Positions 29,566-39,258 of a stretch of 64,000 bases of DNA are shown here, in pieces. Made by a program: the position numbers and the translations under genes. Source of the stretch: Halobacteriales archaeon QS_5_68_33. GTDB lineage: Archaea > Halobacteriota > Halobacteria > Halobacteriales > Haloarculaceae. The notes under the pieces were generated by a model that ran no database searches, was not told where the DNA came from, and saw nothing but the letters and a program-made list of their open reading frames with translations. Position 1 is the first letter of the stretch; each line of letters opens with the position of its first letter. The stretch is taken from positions 57,033 to 121,032 of the forward strand of contig PXRS01000077.1 of the NCBI GenBank assembly GCA_003023785.1, read 5' to 3'.

Positions 29566-30228
29566 ATGTCACAAACCAACAAGCAAGTCATCGGCGACGG
29601 CGTGATGAGCGTCGGCGAGGGCGCCCGGATCTTCCCGGACGTCGAGGCCTGCATCGACTGCGGCGGCTGTGTGGTGGCGTGCAAGCGAACGTGGGACGTC
29701 CCCCGGGACGAACAGCGGATCAGCATCTCGACGATGCTGGAGGGCCAGGAGGGCGCCGAGGGCATGAACGCCGCCAGCGGCCGGGCGATGGAACAGGGCG
29801 TCAGCCCCGGCGAGACGTCGGTCCCGATGCAGTGTTACCACTGCGAGAACGCCCCCTGCGTGTCGGTCTGTCCGACGGACTCGCTCATCAAGAAAGACGA
29901 CGGCTTCGTCGACGTGCGCGACAGCCTCTGTATCGGCTGTCAGTACTGCCTGTCGGCCTGTCCGTTCGGCGCGCCGCAGTTCCCCGACTCGGACTCCGGC
30001 GCCGCGGCCGTGGTCGGCGGCGGCGGGCTGATGGACAAGTGCACGATGTGCGAGGAGCGCCAGGACGTCGGCAAGGGTCCGGCGTGTGCCGAGGAGTGTT
30101 CGACTGACGCCATCCTCGTCGGCGACTCCCGGGAGATAGCCTCGGAGCTGGAGAAACGCGACAGCGGCGTCTTCTTCAACGACGTCGCGATGGACGTCAT
30201 CTTCGGGGAGGACGCGGAGGCGTTCTGA
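29566..30228 (+). CDS. formate dehydrogenase Fe-S subunit (FdnH/DmsB-like)
   Basis: CIDCGGCVVAC, CYHCENAPCVSVCP, CIGCQYCLSACP, KCTMC..PAC. Confidence 0.92.
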   Translation: MSQTNKQVIGDGVMSVGEGARIFPDVEACIDCGGCVVACKRTWDVPRDEQRISISTMLEGQEGAEGMNAASGRAMEQGVSPGETSVPMQCYHCENAPCVSVCPTDSLIKKDDGFVDVRDSLCIGCQYCLSACPFGAPQFPDSDSGAAAVVGGGGLMDKCTMCEERQDVGKGPACAEECSTDAILVGDSREIASELEKRDSGVFFNDVAMDVIFGEDAEAF

Positions 30229-30229
30229 G

Positions 30230-30661
30230 ATGAGCGACCACCAGCTCCCCGAGGAGGACGCCGCGACCTACAGCCGGACCGCCATCGTCGCCTCGGCGGT
30301 CGTCAGCGTCGCCGTCACGGCGGTCCTGGCCTGGGTCGCGTCCGGGTTCGGCGTCTTCTACGAGGGGCTGTTCCGGGTCGGGCCCACCGTCGAGGACGGC
30401 GGGGTCGGCGCCGACTGGGTCGCGGGCAACACGATCCCCGCGCTGGACTTCCTCATCGCGTTGGTCCACGCCGCGGACGTCATCATGGGCGTGTTCATCC
30501 TCTTCATGGTGTTTCTCCACTGGGCGTCGTTCCGGCGGCTGGCCGCGCGGATGCGCCAACCCGGCGAGGCCCGGGAGGCCAGCGGCGTCGCCACCGACGG
30601 CGGCACCGACGCGACGGCCGACGATGTGGCCGACCCAGCCACGGGAGGTGACGCGGAATGA
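30230..30661 (+). CDS. membrane protein within the fdh operon
   Basis: Two hydrophobic segments, His in HAAD and LHW; tightly coupled to both neighbours. Confidence 0.75.
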   Translation: MSDHQLPEEDAATYSRTAIVASAVVSVAVTAVLAWVASGFGVFYEGLFRVGPTVEDGGVGADWVAGNTIPALDFLIALVHAADVIMGVFILFMVFLHWASFRRLAARMRQPGEAREASGVATDGGTDATADDVADPATGGDAE

Positions 30662-31671
30662 CGAACCTGGACCACGGGAAGTTCACCCAGATGACGACCG
30701 TCTTTCACTCGCTCCTGGCGCTGGACGTGTTCGCCCTCTTTTTCACGGGCTACGCCATCATGTTCAACGACGAGCTCTGGTGGCTGCTGGTGTTGATGGG
30801 CGGCAACGTCGGCGTCGTCACCGTCCACCGGCTCGCCGGGCTCGGGCTTATCGCCCTGATCGTCTTCTGGGGCACGATGATGGTCGTCACCGACACCGGC
30901 CGGCGCAATTTCCAGCGGGTGATCCCGACCGGCGACGACATCGCCGCCTTCATCCAGGACGTGAAGTTCATGCTGGGCAGCGCGGACGAACGCCACCCCA
31001 ACGCCCGGCAGTTCGCCGGCTACGAGGCCGACGAGGTGCCCCTGCTGTCGTACATCGGCAAGGGCGTCGTCTTCATCTTCGCCATCGAACTGACGCTGCT
31101 CGTCGTGTCGGGCCTGCTCATCTGGAGCAAGACCGGCCTGATGGAGTACTTCGCGACGCGGACGGCCGCGATGGCGTTCGTCGTCTTCCACGGCCTGCTC
31201 GGGGTCATCATGCTGATGGGGGTCATGTTCCACATCTTCGAACACGGCTTCCACCCCGCGTTCTACCCGCTGGAGACGAAGGCGTTCATCCCGCGGCAGC
31301 TGGTCCCCGAGAGCCACGACGACCCCGAGGACGTCGACGGCACCGGCATCGAGCGGCTCTCGCTGTCGCCGAGCTGGAGCTGGGCCGCGAACCTCATGGG
31401 CGTCCTGGTCGTCATCGGCATCGTGAGCGTCCTCGTCGGGAGCATCTTCGACGAGGGCTACCCCGTGCCGCGCGAACTCGCCGTCGGCGGCGGCCCGACC
31501 AACCTCCTGCTGACGGTCGGGATCAACATCGGCATGTTCGTGCTGTTCGTGGGGCTCGTCCTCTCGCTGTACGGGAACGTCATCCGCCGGCGCTGGCAGC
31601 GCCAGCTCGAACGGGAGCGCGAACAGCGGGCCGCAGCCGACGGCGGCGAGGTCACCTCCGCCGAGGACTGA
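30658..31671 (+). CDS. cytochrome b anchor subunit (FdnI-like)
   Basis: Four TM His (FHS, VHR, FHG, FHI) plus two extra C-terminal TM segments. Confidence 0.85.
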   Translation: MTNLDHGKFTQMTTVFHSLLALDVFALFFTGYAIMFNDELWWLLVLMGGNVGVVTVHRLAGLGLIALIVFWGTMMVVTDTGRRNFQRVIPTGDDIAAFIQDVKFMLGSADERHPNARQFAGYEADEVPLLSYIGKGVVFIFAIELTLLVVSGLLIWSKTGLMEYFATRTAAMAFVVFHGLLGVIMLMGVMFHIFEHGFHPAFYPLETKAFIPRQLVPESHDDPEDVDGTGIERLSLSPSWSWAANLMGVLVVIGIVSVLVGSIFDEGYPVPRELAVGGGPTNLLLTVGINIGMFVLFVGLVLSLYGNVIRRRWQRQLEREREQRAAADGGEVTSAED

Positions 31672-31712
31672 CCGCCCCTCGCCGTCCCGCCGTCGCGCCG
31701 TTTCTCGCGACG

Positions 31713-32111
31713 TTACGTCAGCAGTTCCGCGCCCTCGGAGGAGAGTTCGACCGTCACGTCCTGGCGGGTCTGTTCCTGGATCTGGTCGATGTTGCGGGTC
31801 AGCACCTGGAGGATGTCCTCGGGTTCGGGATAGACCAGCATGTTCCCGTCGTCGTCCTCCATGACGAGTTGCGTGTCCGAGAGCGCGACCTGGTCGCCCT
31901 CGATGCTGGCGACGATGGCGTTCAACTCCTCGGCGCCGCCCGGGTCGCCCTCCTCGACCATCGTGACGTAGAGGGCGTCCAGGCTGATGAGGTCCTTGTA
32001 CTCGCGGACCTGCCTGGCGCAGTCGACCATGTCCCGCGTGACGGCCGTCTTCTCCGCGTTCCCGTGTTCCCCCTCGTGACAGTGCTTGCAGACCCGGAGT
32101 TCGATCCGCAT
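31713..32111 (-). CDS. hypothetical protein with N-terminal CxxC
   Basis: MRIELRVCKHCHEG...; acidic 132-aa product. Confidence 0.75.
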   Translation of the reverse strand: MRIELRVCKHCHEGEHGNAEKTAVTRDMVDCARQVREYKDLISLDALYVTMVEEGDPGGAEELNAIVASIEGDQVALSDTQLVMEDDDGNMLVYPEPEDILQVLTRNIDQIQEQTRQDVTVELSSEGAELLT

Positions 32112-32310
32112 GCCCCGGCATACACCGTACTGCCGTATTAGGATTGTGTCGACGGGCCGCACGGCTCTCGCCGTTCGCCCGCCCGGCCCGACCCGCTCGC
32201 GGGTGGGTCGGGGAAGGGCCGACAGCGACGGGGCGTAGTCGTGGCCGACAGCGACAGGGCGTGTTTATCGTTCACACACTTTTTTGCGCGCCAAGCCCCT
32301 GGTTCGACGT

Positions 32311-33393
32311 ATGCGCTCCACCATCGGGCGGGCCGCCGCGACGGTGCTGGCGGCGGCGGGCGTCCTCGCCGCGAGCGGTCAGGTCCGGGCACACGTCGAT
32401 TACGTCAGGAGCGGTCCCGGCGAGGTCGTCTCGGTCGTCGAGTTGCTGGTGGAGACGTTCTCGGACCCGCTGAACCTTGCGTTCTTCGGGGCGGGCGGGG
32501 CCGGGGTCGTCGCGTTCGTCGGCGGCTACCTCCACGCTCGCCCGCAACTCCGGGACATCGACGTCCTGCGGGAGACGCTGGAGGGGTACCGCGACCTGGT
32601 CCCGTGGATGCTCAGGCTGGCGCTGGGCCTGCCGCTGGTCGGGGCGGGCTTCGCGGGCTATTTCTTCTCGCCGGTCGTCCGGGTGGAGATGCGCGTCTTC
32701 CAGGTCGCGGTCGGGTTTCTCCTGCTGTTCGGGCTGGCGACGCGGTTCGTCGCCGCGGTCGGCCTGCTGGCGTATCTCGTGGGGCTGGCGTTCGAGCCGC
32801 GCCTGTTGCTCGCGCTGGAGTACGTGCCGGGACTGGCCGCCATCGTCCTGCTGGGCGGGGGCCGGCCCAGCGCCGACAACATGCTCCATCGGGTCGCCAG
32901 CGCCGACGGGACCGTCTACGGGAGCGTCGACCCCGTCCACCCCGCGGCGGCGTGGTTCGACGCCCGGGTCGACCCCTACGAGCGGTACGTCCCGACGGTG
33001 TTGCGCGTCGGCGTCGGCGTCTCGTTCGTCTACCTCGGCGGCGTCCAGAAACTCCTGCAGGCCGGCGAGGCGATGGTCGTCGTGGAGCAGTACAACCTCG
33101 AAGCGCTCCTGCCGATCACGGCCGAGGCCTGGGTCGTCGGCGCGGGCCTCACGGAACTGCTGCTGGGGGTGATCCTGATACTCGGGCTGTTCACCCGCGG
33201 GGCGGCGGCGCTGTCGTTCGTCATGTTCACGCTCACGCTGTTCGCGCTGGCCGACGACCCGGTGCTCGCGCACATCCCCCTGTTCGGGCTCGTCTCGGCC
33301 ATCTTCACCCTCGGGGGCGGCCCGCTGGCGCTCGACAACCGGCTACCGGCGTTCGTGGCCGACCGGCGCCCGCCCGCCTCGCCCGCCGACTGA
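32311..33393 (+). CDS. DoxX family membrane protein
   Basis: Two repeated DoxX-like units (LRLALG..LLLFGLATR; LRVGVG..ILGLFTR). Confidence 0.82.
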   Translation: MRSTIGRAAATVLAAAGVLAASGQVRAHVDYVRSGPGEVVSVVELLVETFSDPLNLAFFGAGGAGVVAFVGGYLHARPQLRDIDVLRETLEGYRDLVPWMLRLALGLPLVGAGFAGYFFSPVVRVEMRVFQVAVGFLLLFGLATRFVAAVGLLAYLVGLAFEPRLLLALEYVPGLAAIVLLGGGRPSADNMLHRVASADGTVYGSVDPVHPAAAWFDARVDPYERYVPTVLRVGVGVSFVYLGGVQKLLQAGEAMVVVEQYNLEALLPITAEAWVVGAGLTELLLGVILILGLFTRGAAALSFVMFTLTLFALADDPVLAHIPLFGLVSAIFTLGGGPLALDNRLPAFVADRRPPASPAD

Positions 33394-33422
33394 CGGGCAT
33401 ACCCGACCTCGGGTCGCTTTCA

Positions 33423-33500
33423 GACGGTCGGTCGTACCGATTGACCGGTATTTTGCCGACCGGTCCGACGAAATCCGGAAACTATTGACAACCGACCGTA
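33423..33500. mobile_element. MITE-like element, variant A (78 bp)
   Basis: GACGGTCGGTCGT...ACAACCGACCGTA flanked by TCA...TCA; interior nearly identical to the 42856 copy. Confidence 0.85.
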
Positions 33501-33554
33501 TCACGGCGAACGCCCCGGCCAACCCTCATTACGGCGCGTCACGAAAACCCGGGT

Positions 33555-34187
33555 ATGCGAAGCGGCGTCATCGTCGCGGGCGGGCGCTCGACCCGCTTCG
33601 GCGACGCGGACAAGGCCGTCGCCGAACTCGCCGGCACTCCGATGATCCGGCGGGTCGTCGACCGGGTCGCCCTCGCCGTCGACGAGGTGGTCGTCAACTG
33701 CCGCGCGGACCAGCGCGAGGCTATCGACGCTGCGCTCGACGGGTTCGACCACCCCGTCTCGTTCGCGCTCGACCCCGAACCGGACCTGGGGCCGCTCGCG
33801 GGCATCGCGGCCGGGCTGGACGCCGCCGAGGGGACCTACGCGTTCGTCGTCGCCTGTGACATGCCGTTCGTCGCGAGCGCCCTCATCTCATATCTCTTCG
33901 AGCGGGCCGAGGGACACGACGGCGCCGTCCCGCGACCCGACGAGTGGTTCCAGACGACCCAGGCTGTCTACCGCACCGACGCGATGGCCGCCGCCGCCCG
34001 GCGAGCGCTGGCGGACGGCGACCGCCGTGTCGTCGCGCCGCTGGAGGACCTCGATATCGTCGTCGTCGACCGCGAGGCGGTCGAGGAACACGCCTCACTG
34101 GAGACCTTCGAGAACCTCAACACCCGCGAGGAGTTCGCGGCGGCACAGGAACGCTTCGACGGGCGACCGGAGGGTTCGGAGCGATGA
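33555..34187 (+). CDS. mobA: molybdenum cofactor guanylyltransferase
   Basis: AGGRSTRFG.DKA, GPLAG, ACDMP, NLNT. Confidence 0.92.
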   Translation: MRSGVIVAGGRSTRFGDADKAVAELAGTPMIRRVVDRVALAVDEVVVNCRADQREAIDAALDGFDHPVSFALDPEPDLGPLAGIAAGLDAAEGTYAFVVACDMPFVASALISYLFERAEGHDGAVPRPDEWFQTTQAVYRTDAMAAAARRALADGDRRVVAPLEDLDIVVVDREAVEEHASLETFENLNTREEFAAAQERFDGRPEGSER

Positions 34188-34384
34188 CCGACAACACCGT
34201 CCCGCGGGAGCACGTCCGGGCCGGCGTCGTCGAATGCCCGCTCTGTGGCCGCCAGATCGCGGAGCCGACCGACCACCTCCGCGTCTTCGGCCCGGCCTGT
34301 GACCCGACCGCCGGGACGGCCGACGCGGTCGAGTGTCCCGTCTGTGACGGCGTCTCCTTCCTGAAACCGCGACCGGACGGCTGA
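34184..34384 (+). CDS. CPxCG-type micro zinc finger (66 aa)
   Basis: ECPLCG...ECPVCD; ATGA overlap with mobA. Confidence 0.75.
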   Translation: MTDNTVPREHVRAGVVECPLCGRQIAEPTDHLRVFGPACDPTAGTADAVECPVCDGVSFLKPRPDG

Positions 34385-34436
34385 TGCGCCGTCGGTCGGC
34401 CCCGCCCCTCGACGAGTGGGCGCTGCTGCGCCCATT

Positions 34437-35162
34437 TCACCCCTCGACGACATCGACCAGCGGGTTCTCGGCGCGCATCTCCGCCAGGACGACTCGCGGG
34501 ACCGGCGCCCGCGCCAGCACCTCGTCGGCGATCTCGCGGGCCGTCGCCGCCAGGTCCTCGTCGTCGACCTTGTTCACGAGCGGGACCACCGTCGCGTCTC
34601 CGGGCACGTCCTTTCTGCCGCCGGCCTCGCTGGCGAGGACCGCCGCCACGTCCTCGGGTCGGAGGCGTTCGCCGGGGTCGCGGCCGGTGAGCGCCGCCAC
34701 GCGCTCGACGCGGTGGACGCGCTCCTCGTCGAGCGGTTCCCCCACGACGTGAGCGCTGGCTATCGGGACCACGGTATCTGCCTTCGAAGGTATCCGGGGC
34801 TCGCGGTCGCTCGGGGCCTTGAACTCGCGCATCCGCGCGCCGTCGGCCTTGACGAGCACGGGGTCGTGCGCCTCGCGTATCGCGTCGACGGTTGCGGGGT
34901 CGTACCCTCGATAGCGGTCGGACCGCTCCCGCTCGGGAACGACGCCCAGGGGCCGTTCCTCGGCGGATTCGACGGCCGAAACGGGGTCGTCGGTGACGAC
35001 GACGCGCTCGACCCACGAATCGAAGATGGGGATCCGGACGGTGGCGGTGACGACCGCCCGGTCGAGGCGGGCCGCGAGTGCCGCCATCGTCGTCTTCTTG
35101 CCGCCCGCGCCGACGACGCAGGTGGAGCCCCGCCGCGCCGAGAGCGCGTCGACGATGTCCAT
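34437..35162 (-). CDS. yqeC: selenium-dependent hydroxylase accessory protein YqeC
   Basis: VVGAGGKKT, VLVKADGA...KAP..EP.IP, VHR, NKVD. Confidence 0.82.
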   Translation of the reverse strand: MDIVDALSARRGSTCVVGAGGKKTTMAALAARLDRAVVTATVRIPIFDSWVERVVVTDDPVSAVESAEERPLGVVPERERSDRYRGYDPATVDAIREAHDPVLVKADGARMREFKAPSDREPRIPSKADTVVPIASAHVVGEPLDEERVHRVERVAALTGRDPGERLRPEDVAAVLASEAGGRKDVPGDATVVPLVNKVDDEDLAATAREIADEVLARAPVPRVVLAEMRAENPLVDVVEG

Positions 35163-35175
35163 ACCCGAGGGTGGA

Positions 35176-35255
35176 GACGGACGGTGTTAAGCGTATCCGC
35201 GCCGCCGGCGTTCCGCGGAGTCCGCCGGAGAGCGACATCGACACAACCGACCGTA
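35176..35255. repeat. decayed variant-A MITE (right TIR intact)
   Basis: ACAACCGACCGTA (35243-35255) followed by TCA, the stop of the Tfx gene; weak left TIR GACGGACGGTGT at 35176. Confidence 0.55.
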
Positions 35256-35675
35256 TCACGCCGGGGCGACCGTCACGTCCCCGTCGTCCGTAATCGTGAC
35301 CTCGACGTCGGTTTCGAGGACGTTCCGGTCGGTGTGCGTCTCGAGTTGCTCGTAGAGGCGCCCGTACAGTTCCGGTCGCGCGTACTCGATCTTGACGCCC
35401 GTCTCGTCGCCGGACTCGTAGATCCGCTCGACCAGGTCGTCGAAGGAGGTGCCCGCCGCGACGGTGATCCGCCCCGGCGACCGGATCCGCCGCGCGAGTT
35501 CGAGCGTGCGACGCGCCTTCCGGACGTTCTCCCGGGCGGCGCGCTCGACGGCGCTCACGTTCGAGTCGGTCGTCCCGATCCGCTCTGCGACCTCCCGCTG
35601 GGTGTCGCCCTCCTCCCGGAGTTCCAGCACCTCCACCTGGCGGCCGGTCAGGAACGTTTCCTCCGTCTCGACCAT
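35256..35675 (-). CDS. Tfx family DNA-binding regulator
   Basis: TFLT.RQVEVLELR..G.TQ.EVA..IGTT.SNVS.VE..ARENV.KAR.TL. Confidence 0.85.
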   Translation of the reverse strand: MVETEETFLTGRQVEVLELREEGDTQREVAERIGTTDSNVSAVERAARENVRKARRTLELARRIRSPGRITVAAGTSFDDLVERIYESGDETGVKIEYARPELYGRLYEQLETHTDRNVLETDVEVTITDDGDVTVAPA

Positions 35676-35698
35676 GCGATCGAAACGGATGTGTTTGA

Positions 35699-35710
35699 CA
35701 TAAGCTTATG
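35699..35710. promoter_or_regulatory. palindromic candidate operator between tfx and the ABC operon
   Basis: Perfect palindrome CATAAGCTTATG in the 59-bp divergent intergenic region. Confidence 0.35.
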
Positions 35711-35734
35711 GTCCAATGGATCCTGGTTGGATCC

Positions 35735-36640
35735 ATGTCGAGTCCCGGTCCATCGGCCAGCCGGCGGGCGTTCCTCGCGGGGGTCGCGGCGTCCGGACTG
35801 GGAGCCGGCTGTCTGGCGGGGGCGGCCGGCGGGGAGGCGGTGTCGCTGCTGGCGGCCGGCAGCCTCCAGAACGCCCTGGAGAACGGGCTCGCCCTGCAGG
35901 TCGAGCCCACCGTGCAGGTGGAGGCGCGAGGGTCTGTCGAACTCGCACGCCAGGTCGCGGAGGGACAGAAGGACCCGGACATCGTCGCCGTCGCCGACGA
36001 CGGGCTGTTCGGGTCGACGCTCGACGCGCCGTGGCACGCCGTCTTCGCCACCAACGCGATCGTCCTCGCGTACAACCCCGAGACGGAGGGGGGCCGGCGA
36101 GTCGGGGCGGCTGCCCCTGACGAGTGGTACCGGCCGCTCGTCGACGGGGACGTGACGCTCGGTCGGACCGACCCGGACCTGGACCCGCTGGGCTACCGGA
36201 CGCTGTTCGCGCTCGAACTCGCGGCCGACCACTACGGGACGGCGACCGACCTGCGGGCGGCGGTGGCGGGCCCGGACCAGACCTACCCCGAGACGCAGCT
36301 GGTCAGCCAGCTCGAGACCGGGTCGGTCGACGCGGCGTTCGTCTACCGGAACATGGCGGTCGAACGCGACTACGCCTCCGTCGACCTGCCGGCGGCCGCC
36401 GACCTGAGTGACCCCGCCCACGCCGACGCGTACGCGACTGCAACCTACGAACTCCCGGACGGGACTACGGTCGAGGGAGACGTCATCCGCTACGCGGCGA
36501 CCGCGCGGCGGGAGTCCGAGGCGGTCCGCGACGTCTTCGAGTCCTGCGTGGCCGGCGACTACCTCGCGTCGTACGGGTTCGCACGGCCCGAAGGATACCC
36601 CCGGTTCACCGACGATGCACCGGACGGAGTCGCGAACTGA
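35735..36640 (+). CDS. WtpA/ModA-type tungstate/molybdate-binding lipoprotein
   Basis: SRRAFL...AGC lipobox; AGSL, GSV, DP.LDPLGYR, YPET. Confidence 0.85.
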   Translation: MSSPGPSASRRAFLAGVAASGLGAGCLAGAAGGEAVSLLAAGSLQNALENGLALQVEPTVQVEARGSVELARQVAEGQKDPDIVAVADDGLFGSTLDAPWHAVFATNAIVLAYNPETEGGRRVGAAAPDEWYRPLVDGDVTLGRTDPDLDPLGYRTLFALELAADHYGTATDLRAAVAGPDQTYPETQLVSQLETGSVDAAFVYRNMAVERDYASVDLPAAADLSDPAHADAYATATYELPDGTTVEGDVIRYAATARRESEAVRDVFESCVAGDYLASYGFARPEGYPRFTDDAPDGVAN

Positions 36641-37424
36641 GCGACCGGTCGGCGGCCGCGACTGGCTGTCGGTCGCGTTCCTGCTCGGGGCGGTCCTGCT
36701 CGTCTACTACCTGGTCCCGTTGCTGTCGCTGTTCGTCGCGCAGCCCCCGGGAGCGGTGCTCGAACGCCTGACCGCGCCGGAGGTCCTGGCGGCCGTCCGG
36801 ACCTCGCTGACCGGTGCGCTCGCGAGCACCGCGCTGGCGGCGCTGTTCGGCGTTCCGCTGGCCTACTGGCTGGCCCGGACCGACGGGCGCCTGACGACGG
36901 TCGTCTCGGCCGTCGTCGTCCTCCCGCTGGTGGTGCCGCCGATCGTCGGCGGGATGGTACTCCTGACCGTGGTCGGCCCGAACACGCCCGTCGGCGACCT
37001 CGCCGGCGCGGCGGGGATCCCGCTGACCCGCTCGCTCGCCGGCGTCGTGCTGGCCCAGACGTTCGTCGCCTCGCCGTTCGTCGTCATCACCGGGCGCGCG
37101 GCCATCGAGGGCGTCGACGAGGGCCTCGAACACGCCTCGCGCTCGCTCGGCAAGGGGCGGCTCGCGACGTTCCGTCGTGTGACGCTCCCGCTGGCCTGGC
37201 CCGGCATCCTCGCGGGGATCACGCTGACGTTCTCGCGGGCGCTCGGGGAGTTCGGCGCGACCGTCATGCTCGCCTACTACCCCCGCACCATGCCGGTGGA
37301 GATCTGGGTGTCGTTCACCACCCTGGGGCTGGACGCGGCGTTCCCGGTCGCCGTCGTCCTCGTCTGCGTCGCCGTCGCGACCATCGTCGTCCTCAACGAC
37401 CTCGGGAGGCGCCCCCTCGGATGA
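36615..37424 (+). CDS. WtpB/ModB-type ABC permease
   Basis: LPLVVPPIVGG, EHASRSLG (EAA loop), RALGEFGAT. Confidence 0.9.
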   Translation: MHRTESRTERPVGGRDWLSVAFLLGAVLLVYYLVPLLSLFVAQPPGAVLERLTAPEVLAAVRTSLTGALASTALAALFGVPLAYWLARTDGRLTTVVSAVVVLPLVVPPIVGGMVLLTVVGPNTPVGDLAGAAGIPLTRSLAGVVLAQTFVASPFVVITGRAAIEGVDEGLEHASRSLGKGRLATFRRVTLPLAWPGILAGITLTFSRALGEFGATVMLAYYPRTMPVEIWVSFTTLGLDAAFPVAVVLVCVAVATIVVLNDLGRRPLG

Positions 37425-38485
37425 CCGGCGCGCTCGAACTCGACGGGCTGGCGACGGCCTACGACGGCTTCTCGTTCGGGCCGCTGGACCTCCGGGTGGA
37501 CGAGGAGGTGCTGACCGTCCTCGGTCCCTCGGGCAGCGGGAAGACGACGCTGCTCTCGCTGGTCGCCGGACTGGTCGTCCCGGACCGCGGGTCGGTCACC
37601 CTGAAGGGGCGCTCGCTGGTCGGCCGGCCGCTGGAGAGCCGCCGCGTCGGTCTCGTCTTCCAGGACGGCGCGCTGTTCCCGCACATGACCGCCCGCGAGA
37701 ACGTCGCCTACGCGGCCGAGGCCGACGAACGCGTGGCCGACCTCGCGGCGACCCTCGAGATCGAGGGCGTGCTCGACCGCCGGCCGGCGGCGCTATCTGG
37801 CGGCGAGCGCCGGCGGGTGGCGCTGGCCCGGACGCTGGCCGCCGACCCGGACGCGCTGTTGCTCGACGAACCGCTCACGAGCCTCGACGAACCCGTCCGG
37901 CGGCGGTTGCGCACCGAACTCGCCGACCTGTTCGCCGACCTGGGGGTGCCCGTCGTCCACGTCACCCACGACCAGCGGGTGGCGACGGCGCTGGGCGACC
38001 GCGTCGCGGTCCTCCGGGACGGCGCGATAGCGCAGGTCGGGACCCCCGCCGACGTCCTCAGGCGGCCGGCGACGCCGTTCGTCGCCGAGTTCACCGGCAG
38101 CGACAACGTCTTCGAGGCGACGGTGGTTGCCAGCGACGGTGAGGTCGAGACCGACGGGGACGGCGCCCGCCTGCGCGTCGGCGACCTGACGCTCGACGTG
38201 ACGGCGACGGCCCCGGCCGGGACGACCGTCACCGCCTGTCTCCGGCCCTCGCGGCTGCGGGTGGCGGCGCCCGCCGCGGCCGACGGCGGGCCGAACGCCG
38301 TCGCCGGGACCGTCACGCGCTGGGCGAACGAGGGCGACGAATATCGCCTCGTCGTCGCCGTGAACGGGGCGGACCTGGAGTTCGTCGCGAGCGTTCGCCC
38401 CGACCGCGTCGAATCGCTCTCGCTCTCGGCCGGGGCCGACGTGTCGCTCGCGGTCCCGCCCGACCACGTCCACCTGATCACCTAG
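37421..38485 (+). CDS. WtpC/ModC-type ABC ATPase with TOBE domain
   Basis: GPSGSGKTT, LSGGE, LLLDEP. Confidence 0.9.
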   Translation: MTGALELDGLATAYDGFSFGPLDLRVDEEVLTVLGPSGSGKTTLLSLVAGLVVPDRGSVTLKGRSLVGRPLESRRVGLVFQDGALFPHMTARENVAYAAEADERVADLAATLEIEGVLDRRPAALSGGERRRVALARTLAADPDALLLDEPLTSLDEPVRRRLRTELADLFADLGVPVVHVTHDQRVATALGDRVAVLRDGAIAQVGTPADVLRRPATPFVAEFTGSDNVFEATVVASDGEVETDGDGARLRVGDLTLDVTATAPAGTTVTACLRPSRLRVAAPAAADGGPNAVAGTVTRWANEGDEYRLVVAVNGADLEFVASVRPDRVESLSLSAGADVSLAVPPDHVHLIT

Positions 38486-39258
38486 TACACCAGCTCGCCG
38501 GAGACGAACTTGCGGGTGCGCTCGTCGTCGGGGTCGGCGAACACGCGCTCGGTCGGGCCGACCTCGGCGATGCCGTCGTCCAGCATCACGGCGACGCGGT
38601 CGGCGACGCGCTCGGCCTGGTGCATGTCGTGGCTCGCGACCACGACACCGATGCCCCGCTGGCTGGCTCGCCGGACTGCATCCTCGACCACGGCCGTGTT
38701 CCGCGGGTCCAGGTCCGAGGTCGGTTCGTCGAGCAGGAACACGTCGGGGTCGTAGGCCAGCGCCCGGGCGAAGGAGACGCGCCGGGCCTCCCCGCCCGAC
38801 AGCGACCCGGCGTGGCGGTCGAGGCTGTCGCCCAGCCCCACGACGTCGAGCGCCTCTCGGACGGCGGAGTCGACCGCCTCCGCGTCGGGCGAGCCGACGA
38901 GCGACCGGAGTCCGTCCCGGACCCGCTCGGGCCAGGACCGCCGCACCCGGAGGCCGTAGGAGACGTTCCGGGCGACGGAAGCGTCGAAGAGGCTCGCCTC
39001 CTGGAACACCATCCCGACCCGCCGCCGGAGCGCCAGGCGCTCGGATTCGCCGGCGGCCCAGGCGTCCGTCCCGTCGAGTTCGACCGTCCCCCGGTCGGGC
39101 GCGACGGCGAGCGAGAGCAGGCCCAACAGCGTCGTCTTCCCGACGCCGGAGGGGCCGATGACCGCGAGCACCTCGCCGCGGTCGACACCGACCGAGACGT
39201 CCCGCAGGACGGACTCGCTCCCGTAGGCGAGCGAGACGCCCCGCGTCCGGAGGATCAT
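38482..39258 (-). CDS. tupC: tungstate ABC ATPase (TupC-like)
   Basis: [20 protein letters not shown]; last gene of the tupAB operon. Confidence 0.82.
   Translation of the reverse strand: MILRTRGVSLAYGSESVLRDVSVGVDRGEVLAVIGPSGVGKTTLLGLLSLAVAPDRGTVELDGTDAWAAGESERLALRRRVGMVFQEASLFDASVARNVSYGLRVRRSWPERVRDGLRSLVGSPDAEAVDSAVREALDVVGLGDSLDRHAGSLSGGEARRVSFARALAYDPDVFLLDEPTSDLDPRNTAVVEDAVRRASQRGIGVVVASHDMHQAERVADRVAVMLDDGIAEVGPTERVFADPDDERTRKFVSGELVY

Noticed and set aside
32125..32141. 14/17 match (CCGTACTGCCGTATTAG) to the putative omega-RNA guide
   Set aside because: No TTAG motif precedes it, and a rough hand estimate gives about a 0.1 chance expectation in a window this size
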